Positions 19,878-28,054 are shown, counted from the first letter of the stretch. The stretch is DNA of 32,000 nt from Alphaproteobacteria bacterium (GCA_028696805.1 JAQVGI010000002.1:1-32000); one strand, 5' to 3'. Made by a program: numbers and translations. The notes: generated by a model not told the origin, from the letters alone.

Positions 19878-20258
19878 TTGGCTCGTATAGCAGGTGTTAA
19901 TATCCCGACGAATAAGCTCGTGAATATCGGCTTGACCTATATTTACGGCATCGGCCGGAAAAAAGCAGATGAAATCTGCAAGAAGGTTGGCATTCCCGCC
20001 AGCCGCCGCGTCAGCGAACTGACGGACGACGAAACGTTGAAAATCCGCGAGCTGATCGACAGCGCGTATCATGTCGAGGGCGACTTGCGGCGCGAAGTGA
20101 CCATGAACGTGAAGCGCCTGATGGATCTGGGCTGCTACCGCGGCCTGCGCCATCGGAAAGGCCTGCCTTCCCGCGGGCAGCGGACGCACACCAACGCCCG
20201 GACGCGCAAAGGCAAGCGCATCGCGATCGCCGGCAAGAAAATGGCACCGAAAGGATAA
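19878..20258 (+). CDS. rpsM: Ribosomal protein uS13, probable TTG start
   Basis: Canonical (M)[12 protein letters not shown] follows TTG at 19878, with GGAGA upstream. The ORF-track ATG at 19860 would add MNGEFT. Confidence 0.93.
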   Translation: MARIAGVNIPTNKLVNIGLTYIYGIGRKKADEICKKVGIPASRRVSELTDDETLKIRELIDSAYHVEGDLRREVTMNVKRLMDLGCYRGLRHRKGLPSRGQRTHTNARTRKGKRIAIAGKKMAPKG

Positions 20259-20263
20259 GGAAA

Positions 20264-20659
20264 ATGGCAGAAAAAGCAGTTAAAACGCGCGCTGTGAAAA
20301 AAGTGAAGAAGAATGTGGCGACAGGGGTCGCGCACGTGAACTCGTCGTTCAACAACACGATCGTGACGATCACGGATGCCCAGGGCAACACGATTTCGTG
20401 GTCCTCCGCCGGCCTGAAAGGGTTCGCCGGATCGCGCAAATCGACGCCGTATGCGGCCCAGATCGCCGCGGACGACGCCGCCCGCAAGGCGATGGAGCAC
20501 GGGTTGAAATCCGTGGACGTGCTGGTTCAGGGCGCTGGCGCCGGCCGCGAATCCGTGCTGCGCGCCTTCAACGCCGCCGGCCTGGTGGTCACGGCGATCA
20601 AGGACATCACGGCCATTCCGCACAACGGATGCCGGGCCCGGAAGCGCCGCCGCATTTAA
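20264..20659 (+). CDS. rpsK: Ribosomal protein uS11
   Basis: [60 protein letters not shown]...[13 protein letters not shown]. Confidence 0.97.
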   Translation: MAEKAVKTRAVKKVKKNVATGVAHVNSSFNNTIVTITDAQGNTISWSSAGLKGFAGSRKSTPYAAQIAADDAARKAMEHGLKSVDVLVQGAGAGRESVLRAFNAAGLVVTAIKDITAIPHNGCRARKRRRI

Positions 20660-20685
20660 CTTGAAACAGACGAAGGGGATTCCTC

Positions 20686-21702
20686 ATGATGATACAGAAA
20701 AACTGGAAAGAGCTGATTAAGCCGTCGACAAGCGCGGTCGCGCAGGTGGTGGAAGGATACAAGGCCGCGATGACTTTGGAGCCGCTGGAACGCGGCTTCG
20801 GCACGACGCTCGGCAACGCGCTGCGGCGCGTCCTGCTGTCGTCGCTGCAAGGCGGCGCGGTCACGGCGATCAAAATCGCCGGCGTGACGCACGAATTCAC
20901 ATCCATCCCGGGCGTGCGCGAGGATGTGACGGAAATCATTTTGAACATCAAGTCGCTGGCGCTGAAAGTGGCCGAGGAAGGCCCGCAGCGCATTTACCTG
21001 AACGCGATGGGCCCCGGCCCCGTGACGGCGGGGCAGATCGTCACGACGCACGCCGTCGAGGTGATGAACAAGGACCTGGTCATCTGCACGTTGGAAAAGG
21101 ACGCGAGCATCGAAATCGAGATGATCGTCAACACGGGCAAGGGCTATGTGACGGCCGCGCAGAATCGGCCCGAGGACTGCCCCATCGGATTGCTGCCGAT
21201 CGATTCCATCTATTCCCCTGTCAAATCCGTCGTCTACAAGGTGTCCAACGCGCGCGTCGGACAGCAGACGGACTATGACAAGCTGCAGCTGACCGTCGAG
21301 ACGAACGGCGTCGTGCGTCCGGAAGACGCGGTGGCGCTGGCCGCCCGCATCGTGCAGGAGCAGCTGCGCTCCTTCATCAATTTCGAGGAGCCCGACGAAA
21401 CGACCTTGGAGGACAAAATCGCCGACCTGCCGTTCAACAAGAACCTGCTGCTGCGCGTCGACGAATTGGAGCTGTCCGTCCGTTCGGCCAACTGCCTGAA
21501 AAACGACAACATCACCTACATCGGCGAGCTGGTGCAGAAGACGGAGGCCGAAATGCTGCGGACGCCGAACTTCGGCCGCAAGTCGCTGAACGAAATCAAG
21601 GAGCTGCTGGAAACGATGGGCCTGCATCTGGGCATGCAGGTCGAGGGCTGGCCGCCGGAGGATTTGGAGGCTTTGTCCAACACGCTGGACAGCGAGGGAT
21701 AA
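20686..21702 (+). CDS. rpoA: DNA-directed RNA polymerase subunit alpha
   Basis: [29 protein letters not shown]-like [38 protein letters not shown]; C-terminal domain [41 protein letters not shown]. Confidence 0.98.
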   Translation: MMIQKNWKELIKPSTSAVAQVVEGYKAAMTLEPLERGFGTTLGNALRRVLLSSLQGGAVTAIKIAGVTHEFTSIPGVREDVTEIILNIKSLALKVAEEGPQRIYLNAMGPGPVTAGQIVTTHAVEVMNKDLVICTLEKDASIEIEMIVNTGKGYVTAAQNRPEDCPIGLLPIDSIYSPVKSVVYKVSNARVGQQTDYDKLQLTVETNGVVRPEDAVALAARIVQEQLRSFINFEEPDETTLEDKIADLPFNKNLLLRVDELELSVRSANCLKNDNITYIGELVQKTEAEMLRTPNFGRKSLNEIKELLETMGLHLGMQVEGWPPEDLEALSNTLDSEG

Positions 21703-21711
21703 AACGAAAAC

Positions 21712-21732
21712 CGCCCCGGAAGCGCCGGGGCG
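21712..21732 (+). other. Stable intergenic hairpin between rpoA and rplQ
   Basis: CGCCCCGG-AAGCG-CCGGGGCG, perfect 8 bp stem, followed by TCCGCCTTTT (weak U tract). Confidence 0.6.
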
Positions 21733-21816
21733 TCCGCCTTTTGCATACGACCGGTATGGAACGCGCGGCATGTGTCATCCGTCTGACCCGATTCAGACAA
21801 ACAGAAAGGAAACAAA

Positions 21817-22362
21817 ATGCGTCATGGATTTAAACACAGGAAATTGAATAAAAGCATTGCCCACCGCCGGGCGATGTTCGCGAATCTGGCAAACGCGCTG
21901 ATCAAGCACGAGCAGATCAAGACGACCTTGCCGAAGGCGAAGGAACTGCGCCCCGTTTTCGAAAAAATGGTGACGAAGGCCAAGACGGACACGCTGCATG
22001 TGCGCCGCCAGCTGATTTCCTTTCTGCACGACGAGCCGATGGTTGCGAAATTGATTTCCGTTCTGGGCGTCCGCTATAAGGACCGCAACGGCGGCTATGT
22101 GCGCGTTTTGAAAGCCGGCTTCCGTTTCGGCGATTGCGCGCCGATGGCGGTTGTCGAGCTGGTCGACCGCGATGCGGCGGCCAAGGGAAAAGATTCCGGC
22201 AAGCCGGTCGAGGTGGAAACGCAGGCGCACGATCAGAAGGAAGGCCACGCCCCGAAGGCGGCCGGCCTGATGAAGGTCAAGAAGGACAAGGGCGTCAAGG
22301 TGAAAAAGGAAGCGATCGCCGCCGCGCCGAAAATCGTCAAGAAAACGGCCAAGGGCGGATAA
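21817..22362 (+). CDS. rplQ: Ribosomal protein bL17 with Lys/Ala-rich C-terminal extension
   Basis: [51 protein letters not shown]...[32 protein letters not shown], then a ~60 aa basic tail. Confidence 0.96.
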   Translation: MRHGFKHRKLNKSIAHRRAMFANLANALIKHEQIKTTLPKAKELRPVFEKMVTKAKTDTLHVRRQLISFLHDEPMVAKLISVLGVRYKDRNGGYVRVLKAGFRFGDCAPMAVVELVDRDAAAKGKDSGKPVEVETQAHDQKEGHAPKAAGLMKVKKDKGVKVKKEAIAAAPKIVKKTAKGG

Positions 22363-22384
22363 AATCCGGCCAATGCGATCGAAG

Positions 22385-22416
22385 GGGGGGGCGTCCGGCG
22401 GACGCTCCCTTTTTTC
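22385..22416 (+). terminator. Rho-independent terminator after rplQ
   Basis: GGGGGCGTCC-ggc-GGACGCTCCC followed by TTTTTT. Confidence 0.8.
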
Positions 22417-22458
22417 ATGCCCGGCGCCGCGCCGCGTATGATTTCGTTCCGGCGCCTC

Positions 22459-22487
22459 TTGACTTCCCCCTCGAAATCATCTAACCT
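22459..22487 (+). promoter_or_regulatory. Sigma70-like promoter for the 22494 gene, predicted leaderless
   Basis: TTGACT (22459-22464), 17 bp spacer, TAACCT (22482-22487), then 6 nt before the ATG at 22494. Confidence 0.55.
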
Positions 22488-22493
22488 GTCCGC

Positions 22494-23327
22494 ATGTCAG
22501 TCAAAGAAACATTGCATCGTCTTTTCCAAGGCAAACAGGAATACTCCGTCGACGCGCTGGGCGCCTATCCGATGCGCATGCAGGTGTCCGGCCTGCCGGA
22601 GAGGCGCTATTTCAAAACCTCGCGGCTGCTGGCGATCATCAGCATCATCAGCCTCGGCCTGACGTTCGCGCTGTCCGGCGTTTTGATCTACTACGCCAAC
22701 CGCGTGGACATCACGATTTTCGGCGGCCGGGCGCCGCGCGTGTTCGCGATAGATCCCGAATACAAGACATTGAATGCGGTGGAATACACGAACGCCTCCT
22801 TTCCCGCCGTCCAGTTTTATGTGGAAAACATCGTGCGCACTTATGTCACGAAGCGCCACTCGGTCGTCTGGGACATGGACATCATGCGGAACGAGTGGGG
22901 CAACAGCGGCACCATCGCCTTGTATTCGTCCATCGAGGTGTTCCAGAAGTTCAATCAGGAGAGCCAGCTAGTCCTGAACGCCAGCCGGTCGGGCGGCATC
23001 GTGAAAGATGTCATCCTGTATGAGGTGCGCCTGCTGCACGGCAATTTGTGGACGGGGCTGTTCGATGTGTTCGACATGCCGATTCCGGATCCGTTCAATC
23101 CGGAATGCGTTTGCAGCGACCCGCTGCCGGAATGCATCGCCTGCAAGGTCAAGAAATCCTTGAAGCGCCAGCGCTACCGCGTGTATCTGCGCACAATGCT
23201 GGCGGGGACAAAAACCAAAGACAACCCGCTGGGGATCGTGATTCCGGTCTACAATCTGCTGTATATTCCGATCAATCCGAACGAAAACTACTGGGGCCTG
23301 CCGGCGGCGCTGCGTCCGGATATTTAG
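22494..23327 (+). CDS. Single-pass inner-membrane protein with VirB8-like features
   Basis: N-terminal cytoplasmic segment, one TM (LLAIISIISLGLTFALSGVLIYYA), a large C-terminal domain, and a NPLGIVIPVY segment recalling the NPLGfxVxxY end of VirB8/TrbF-type domains. Family call is inference. Confidence 0.45.
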   Translation: MSVKETLHRLFQGKQEYSVDALGAYPMRMQVSGLPERRYFKTSRLLAIISIISLGLTFALSGVLIYYANRVDITIFGGRAPRVFAIDPEYKTLNAVEYTNASFPAVQFYVENIVRTYVTKRHSVVWDMDIMRNEWGNSGTIALYSSIEVFQKFNQESQLVLNASRSGGIVKDVILYEVRLLHGNLWTGLFDVFDMPIPDPFNPECVCSDPLPECIACKVKKSLKRQRYRVYLRTMLAGTKTKDNPLGIVIPVYNLLYIPINPNENYWGLPAALRPDI

Positions 23328-23686
23328 ACGCGCCCGTAGCTGTCCTCGAATCGGACGATGTCGGCTTCGTCCAGCGTTTCGCCCGTCTGGATTTCGATGA
23401 AGGTCATCGGCTTGTCCGTCGCGTTCGCCATGCGGTGTTTGACGCCGGCGGGAATGTAGACCGGCGTGTTCTGCGGCGCCTCGAAAGTCCTGTCCCCCAG
23501 CGTGATACGGCCGGCGCCGTCGACGACGACCCAATGCTCGGCGCGATGATGGTGCAGCTGCAGCGACAGCAGCTTGTCCGGCAGGACGCAGATGCGCTTG
23601 ACGATGTATTGCGCGCCGGCCGCGACGACCTCCCATGTCCCCCACGGGCGCGTGTCTTTGTCGCCGACCTTGTATGAAACGGGCAT
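23324..23686 (-). CDS. Single-domain cupin (mannose-6-phosphate isomerase-like)
   Basis: RPWGTWEVV...YIVKRICVLPDKLLSLQLHHHRAEHWVVVDGAGRITLGDRTFEAPQNTPVYIPAGVKHRMANATDKPMTFIEIQTGETLDEADIVRFEDSYGRV, typical type II PMI/GMP cupin motifs. Confidence 0.88.
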   Translation of the reverse strand: MPVSYKVGDKDTRPWGTWEVVAAGAQYIVKRICVLPDKLLSLQLHHHRAEHWVVVDGAGRITLGDRTFEAPQNTPVYIPAGVKHRMANATDKPMTFIEIQTGETLDEADIVRFEDSYGRV

Positions 23687-23710
23687 GATTTTCTCCTTTG
23701 CTCGGCGGGC

Positions 23711-23739
23711 AAGATAGATGAAAAAAATCCAAAAGTCAA
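23711..23739 (-). promoter_or_regulatory. Promoter for the cupin gene
   Basis: Reverse strand TTGACT (23734-23739), 17 bp spacer, TATCTT (23711-23716). Ribosome-binding site AAAGGAG before the ATG at 23686. Confidence 0.55.
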
Positions 23740-23746
23740 GCGGGGC

Positions 23747-25108
23747 CTAGCGGCAGCGGTTCGGGGTACAGGTTTTGGCCGCGACGACGGCGTCCTTGTG
23801 GCGTGCGACATGCCGCGGCCCTTCCAGGACATTGCCGATGGTGTAATGCTGATACTCGGCGCCTTCCAGGTTGACCCAGGTTATGTCGCCGTTCGCGCGG
23901 ATATTCAAAAACGAATCGTATTCCATCAGCTTTTTTTCGCTGTCCCTCAAATAGGAAGCATCCAGCCGGGCCGCCCGGCCGACGGGCGCGCAGCGGCGGT
24001 GCTTGACGATGAAATTCAAATCGGCGTATCGGGCCAGGAGCGGCGCCAGGCTGTCCGTCGCCTCCGGCGGGCCGTAGGTTTGGACAGCGACAACCGGGGG
24101 CGGGTTGGAATCCGGTTGCAATCCGGTCAGGACGGACGCCTTTGAAACCGCGTCCAGAGAATCGGCCAGCCGCCGCATGTTCTTTTGCGCCGGCTCGCCG
24201 GGCAGCGCGACATGGGACAGCACGATATGCGGCGCGATGGCATACATTTTTTCCAAAACGGCTTTGTCCGTGCCGAACAGGACGCCTTTGGTCGTCGGTA
24301 TCAGCTGGTTCCAATATACGGCGTTCAACGTCAGGGCGATGTCCCCCGCGTCCGCGCCGATAATCGGATCCATGTAATGCAGCGGGTCGGAATCCAGATA
24401 ACGCTGAATCGCCGCGGGCGGGCTGTTTTGGTGGAACAGGCGGTAGAGCTTCGAAAACAGCGGGTAAGGCATGTGCGACACCGGGCCGCATCCGTTGAAG
24501 CCGCAATGCACGCACGCGTTGTGGCACCCCGACGACGCGGAGAGGCACAGGTATGCCGCGCTTTCTTCGGCGGCGGTTTTTTGCGTTATCGGATTGCGGA
24601 TGTCCAGGACGGGATCGACATCCTTGAACAGGTCCAAATCCAGGAAGAACCGGCTGGACGCCCCGAACGCTTTTTCCACAATCTCCGGCGTCAGATTTCC
24701 GGATGACAGCGCCTGCGTCAGCTCCGCTAGGCGATGCGCGCCGTCTTGCGACAGCAGGTCGACGCGGGCGGCCGGGACGCGGCCGTCGGCGGAGTAGGGG
24801 ACGAGGCACCGGCTGTAAGATTTCAGCAGGTAAGCCGCCCGGTTGACATACCAAGCGTCGATCGTTGATTGCACGTTCGAGTTTTCCGGTGCTTCCCGGA
24901 TAATCGTGCACATGCTCTTCGGAATGGACGCGTGCAGGTAGGCGGGCAGCCGGTCCCATTTCCCGCGTGCCGCGCGGACGATTTCGGCGGAGAAAATATC
25001 GAACAGCAGGCAAATGACGAGGTTGTCCGATTCTGTCAGGAAATCCGGCTCATGCCGCCGCTCGTAATACCTGTCATAGAAATCTTGATAAGGATATGGC
25101 ACATACAT
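23747..25108 (-). CDS. Radical SAM-like protein of unknown function
   Basis: ATG at 25108 (MYVPYPYQDFYDRYYERR...). Contains CLSASSGCHNACVHCGFNGCGPVSH with a CX3CX2C cluster motif, and C-terminal KTCTPNRC. Large N-terminal domain without recognised homology. Confidence 0.65.
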   Translation of the reverse strand: MYVPYPYQDFYDRYYERRHEPDFLTESDNLVICLLFDIFSAEIVRAARGKWDRLPAYLHASIPKSMCTIIREAPENSNVQSTIDAWYVNRAAYLLKSYSRCLVPYSADGRVPAARVDLLSQDGAHRLAELTQALSSGNLTPEIVEKAFGASSRFFLDLDLFKDVDPVLDIRNPITQKTAAEESAAYLCLSASSGCHNACVHCGFNGCGPVSHMPYPLFSKLYRLFHQNSPPAAIQRYLDSDPLHYMDPIIGADAGDIALTLNAVYWNQLIPTTKGVLFGTDKAVLEKMYAIAPHIVLSHVALPGEPAQKNMRRLADSLDAVSKASVLTGLQPDSNPPPVVAVQTYGPPEATDSLAPLLARYADLNFIVKHRRCAPVGRAARLDASYLRDSEKKLMEYDSFLNIRANGDITWVNLEGAEYQHYTIGNVLEGPRHVARHKDAVVAAKTCTPNRCR

Positions 25109-25115
25109 GCCCCTG

Positions 25116-25143
25116 ATTATATCACAAAGCATTATTTTGTCAA
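25116..25143 (-). promoter_or_regulatory. Perfect-consensus promoter of the radical-SAM-like gene, predicted leaderless
   Basis: Reverse strand TTGACA (25138-25143), 16 bp spacer, TATAAT (25116-25121), then 7 nt (CAGGGGC) to the ATG at 25108. Confidence 0.75.
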
Positions 25144-25207
25144 TCTTTTTATTTCTGCTTCGCGGAACCGACGCGCCCCGCCGCAGCCGCCGGCGGCAAA
25201 ATTTTAG

Positions 25208-25236
25208 TTGATTTTCGTCGCGAAATAGCGTATCCT
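25208..25236 (+). promoter_or_regulatory. Promoter of the ferredoxin gene
   Basis: TTGATT (25208-25213), 17 bp spacer, TATCCT (25231-25236). AAAGGAG ribosome-binding site before the ATG at 25267. Confidence 0.5.
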
Positions 25237-25266
25237 CTGCCCGTTCATTTAGAAAAGGAGTCGAAT

Positions 25267-25506
25267 ATGCCATCAGTTGTCAGTGATAAGTGCGTCTTGT
25301 GTAAGAAATGCATCGAAGTGTGCCCGGTGGATGCGTTCCATCTCGGCCCGACGCAGGTCGTCGTGAATCCGGAAACCTGCATCGATTGCGGGATCTGCAT
25401 TTCCGAATGCCCCAGCGGCGCGATTACGACCGCGGACGAAGCGGACGCCAAATGGATCGCCTTCAATGCCGAAAAGGCGAAGGAATATCCGCAGGCGAAC
25501 AAATAA
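25267..25506 (+). CDS. 2x[4Fe-4S] ferredoxin
   Basis: CVLCKKCIEVCP and CIDCGICISECP, two CxxCxxCxxxCP clusters in an 79 aa protein. Confidence 0.93.
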   Translation: MPSVVSDKCVLCKKCIEVCPVDAFHLGPTQVVVNPETCIDCGICISECPSGAITTADEADAKWIAFNAEKAKEYPQANK

Positions 25507-25522
25507 GCGTCTGGGCGATAAT

Positions 25523-25554
25523 AAAAAAACCTCCCGAAGTTCGAGAGGTTTTTT
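25523..25554. terminator. Bidirectional terminator between ferredoxin and rplT
   Basis: AAAAAAACCTCcCGAAgTTCGaGAGGTTTTTT: near-palindromic stem flanked by A and T tracts. Confidence 0.85.
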
Positions 25555-25566
25555 GTTGCCTTGCGC

Positions 25567-25920
25567 TTATTGGGCGCTTTTCGCTTTTTCCACCAGCGCC
25601 GCGAACCCTTTCGGGTCGTTGACGGCCAGGTCGGCCATGACCTTGCGGTCCAGCTCGATGCCGGCTTTTTTCAGGCCGCTGATGAACTTGGAATACACCA
25701 GGCCGTTTGCGCGGACGGCCGCGTTGATGCGGGCGATCCACAGCTGGCGCATATCCGTTTTCTTGCGCCGGCGGTCGCGGTAGGCGTATTGCAGGCCGTG
25801 CTCCACGCGCTCTTTCGCCATGCGGAAGACGTTCTTGTTCCGGCCGCGGTAGCCCTTGGCCATCTTGATGATTTTTTTATGCTTGGCGTTTCCCGTTGTG
25901 CCGCGTTTGACTCTTGCCAT
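25567..25920 (-). CDS. rplT: Ribosomal protein bL20
   Basis: [70 protein letters not shown]. Confidence 0.97.
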   Translation of the reverse strand: MARVKRGTTGNAKHKKIIKMAKGYRGRNKNVFRMAKERVEHGLQYAYRDRRRKKTDMRQLWIARINAAVRANGLVYSKFISGLKKAGIELDRKVMADLAVNDPKGFAALVEKAKSAQ

Positions 25921-25931
25921 GATAAACCTCC

Positions 25932-26126
25932 CTATCCGTGCATGAAGCGGCGCACCGTGGCGTCGTTCGTTGTGTCAATGACGGCGGTGCCGCGCGCCTG
26001 ACGTTTCATTTTGGACGTTTTCGGCAGCAAGCAGTGGCGCTTGAAAGCCTTCGTGCGTTTGATTTTTCCGGTGCCCGTCAAGGAAAAACGCTTCTTGACG
26101 GCGGATTTTGTTTTGAGTTTTGGCAT
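25932..26126 (-). CDS. rpmI: Ribosomal protein bL35
   Basis: [50 protein letters not shown]. Confidence 0.95.
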   Translation of the reverse strand: MPKLKTKSAVKKRFSLTGTGKIKRTKAFKRHCLLPKTSKMKRQARGTAVIDTTNDATVRRFMHG

Positions 26127-26206
26127 TTTACATCCTCTTGATTTTGTTGATGTTATACGAATGTCGGGGCAGCCGTTTCAAAGCCCTGTCCATCCGAACG
26201 CGACGC

Positions 26207-26235
26207 AGTATATCTGAAATCGGCGCGGAAGTCAA
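26207..26235 (-). promoter_or_regulatory. Promoter of rpmI-rplT
   Basis: Reverse strand TTGACT (26230-26235), 17 bp spacer, TATACT (26207-26212). About 75 nt 5' UTR. Confidence 0.6.
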
Positions 26236-26243
26236 TCGATTTC

Positions 26244-26272
26244 TTGCGTTCGGCGGCGAAATGTGCTACCCT
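26244..26272 (+). promoter_or_regulatory. Candidate promoter of rarA, predicted leaderless
   Basis: TTGCGT (26244-26249), 17 bp spacer, TACCCT (26267-26272), then 6 nt before the ATG at 26279. Confidence 0.4.
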
Positions 26273-26278
26273 GCGCGC

Positions 26279-27571
26279 ATGGAGAGTTTATTCGAAGACA
26301 AGACGGCAAAACCGCTGGCGGACCGCCTGCGCCCGAAGGTTCTGGCGGATGTGGTGGGCCAGGATCACCTGCTGGGCGCGGAGGCGCCGCTGTCCCGCAT
26401 GATCCGGGCGGGGCGGCTGACCTCGTTCATTTTGTGGGGGCCGCCCGGGTGCGGCAAGACGACCATCGCGCGGATTCTGGCGGACGAAACCAACCTGTAT
26501 TTCGAGCAGCTGTCCGCCGTTTTTTCGGGCGTGGCGGATTTGCGCAAAGTCTTTTCCGACGCCCGGAAACGGCGCGAGATGGGGCGGGGAACCTTGCTGT
26601 TCGTCGACGAAATCCACCGGTTCAACCGGTCGCAGCAGGACGCCTTCCTGCCGTATGTCGAGGACGGCACGATCGTCCTGGTCGGCGCGACGACGGAAAA
26701 CCCGTCGTTCGAGCTGAACGGCGCGCTGCTGTCGCGGTGCAAGGTGTTCGTCCTGAACCGGCTGGACGACGATGCGCTGGATCGTCTGGCGCGCCGGGCC
26801 GAGCAGGAGCTGGGAAAGCCGCTGCCGCTCGATGCGGTCGGCAAGGACTACCTGAAAAATCTGGCGGACGGCGACGGGCGGTATCTGCTGAACCTGATCG
26901 AGAGCGTTTTCCAATACGCGCCGTCGGACGCCATTCTGGATAAGAACGCGCTGGAAAAGCTGCTGCAAAAACGCCTGCCGAATTACGACAAGGACAGGGA
27001 GGGGCACTACAACCTGATTTCCGCGCTGCACAAATCGCTGCGCGGGTCGGATGCGGACGCGGCGCTGTATTGGCTGGCGCGGATGGTGGTGGCGGGCGAG
27101 GACATGAAATACCTGCTGCGCCGTCTGACGCGGTTTGCGGCCGAGGATGTCGGGCTGGCCGATCCGCACGCGCTGACGCTGGCGATCGCCGCGTGGGAAA
27201 GCTACGACAGGCTGGGCTCCCCCGAGGGCGACCTGTCCGTCGCCGAACTGGCGGTGTATCTGGCGACGGCGCCGAAGTCCGTCGGGGTCTACCGGGCGTG
27301 GAGCGCGGCGCAGCAGACGGCGCGCGAAACGGCGACCGAAATGCCGCCGAAGCATATCCTGAACGCGCCGACGCGATTGATGCAGGACATCGGCTACGGC
27401 GAGGGGTATCAATACGACCCGGATACCGAAACGGGCTTTTCGGGGCAGGATTATTTTCCCGACGGCATGAGCCGCCGCACATTCTACCGCCCCGCCGACC
27501 GCGGGTTCGAACGCGAAGTCAAAAAGCGCCTGGATTACTGGAACGGCTTGCGGGCGAAAAAACAGGGATGA
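26279..27571 (+). CDS. rarA: Replication-associated recombination protein A (RarA/MgsA) AAA+ ATPase
   Basis: LADRLRPKVLADVVGQDHLLG...ILWGPPGCGKTTIARILAD...LLFVDEIHRFNRSQQDAFLPYVEDGTIVLVGATTENPSFE...PDGMSRRTFYRP. ORF track start (26120) overlaps the rpmI promoter and is probably too long. Confidence 0.95.
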   Translation: MESLFEDKTAKPLADRLRPKVLADVVGQDHLLGAEAPLSRMIRAGRLTSFILWGPPGCGKTTIARILADETNLYFEQLSAVFSGVADLRKVFSDARKRREMGRGTLLFVDEIHRFNRSQQDAFLPYVEDGTIVLVGATTENPSFELNGALLSRCKVFVLNRLDDDALDRLARRAEQELGKPLPLDAVGKDYLKNLADGDGRYLLNLIESVFQYAPSDAILDKNALEKLLQKRLPNYDKDREGHYNLISALHKSLRGSDADAALYWLARMVVAGEDMKYLLRRLTRFAAEDVGLADPHALTLAIAAWESYDRLGSPEGDLSVAELAVYLATAPKSVGVYRAWSAAQQTARETATEMPPKHILNAPTRLMQDIGYGEGYQYDPDTETGFSGQDYFPDGMSRRTFYRPADRGFEREVKKRLDYWNGLRAKKQG

Positions 27572-27656
27572 GACTAAATCATATTTTTTTGTGCAATCAA
27601 ATTAAGTTGCATGATATGGGACAAAGTCGGCATTCCTATTCAAAAGGCGCGTCAAA

Positions 27657-27992
27657 ATGACCACGCATAGTATGTCGCTGCAAAAGCGCTATTTCGATCT
27701 GATTCGCGACCGAAAGAAGACCATCGAGTTGAGGTTGTGGGACGAAAAAAAGTCGGTAATCAAGCCAAACGATGAAATCCTGTTCGCATCCGAGGGGGAA
27801 GAGGTACGCGTTCGTGTCGTCGATCTGGTTCGGGCCGATAATTTTCAGAAATTATGCGAACGAATCGATGTCGGCCAGGCAGGGTTCGGCTCTTCAAAAG
27901 AGCTTTTATCCGTCATTCAAGTGTTTTATACCCCGGAGCAGCAGGAAAGATACGGCGTTGTCGGCATCCGCATCGAACGGATCGATTCCTGA
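27657..27992 (+). CDS. Stand-alone ASCH-domain protein
   Basis: Small 111 aa protein. YFDLIRDRKKTIELRLWDEKKSVIKPNDEILFAS...VRVRVVDLVRADNFQKL...FYTPEQQERYGVVGIRIERI fits the ASCH (EVE/PUA-like) domain pattern. Confidence 0.8.
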   Translation: MTTHSMSLQKRYFDLIRDRKKTIELRLWDEKKSVIKPNDEILFASEGEEVRVRVVDLVRADNFQKLCERIDVGQAGFGSSKELLSVIQVFYTPEQQERYGVVGIRIERIDS

Positions 27993-28018
27993 CGCGGGAA
28001 CGATATCTCGTTTTTCGC

Positions 28019-28047
28019 TTGACTTTCCCGGGCGTTTCCGATATACT
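28019..28047 (+). promoter_or_regulatory. Promoter of rpsF-rpsR-rplI
   Basis: TTGACT (28019-28024), 17 bp spacer, TATACT (28042-28047). Confidence 0.65.
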
Positions 28048-28054
28048 CCCCGCA

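Noticed and set aside
22385-22396. Run of eight G residues after rplQ as a phase-variable tract
   Set aside because: It forms the 5' arm of the rplQ terminator and is not in a coding region or between promoter elements.
23736-25013. 425 aa - strand ORF overlapping the radical-SAM gene in another frame
   Set aside because: Repetitive Arg/Pro/Gly-rich frameshift translation. The frame carrying CX3CX2C has the promoter and a coherent sequence.
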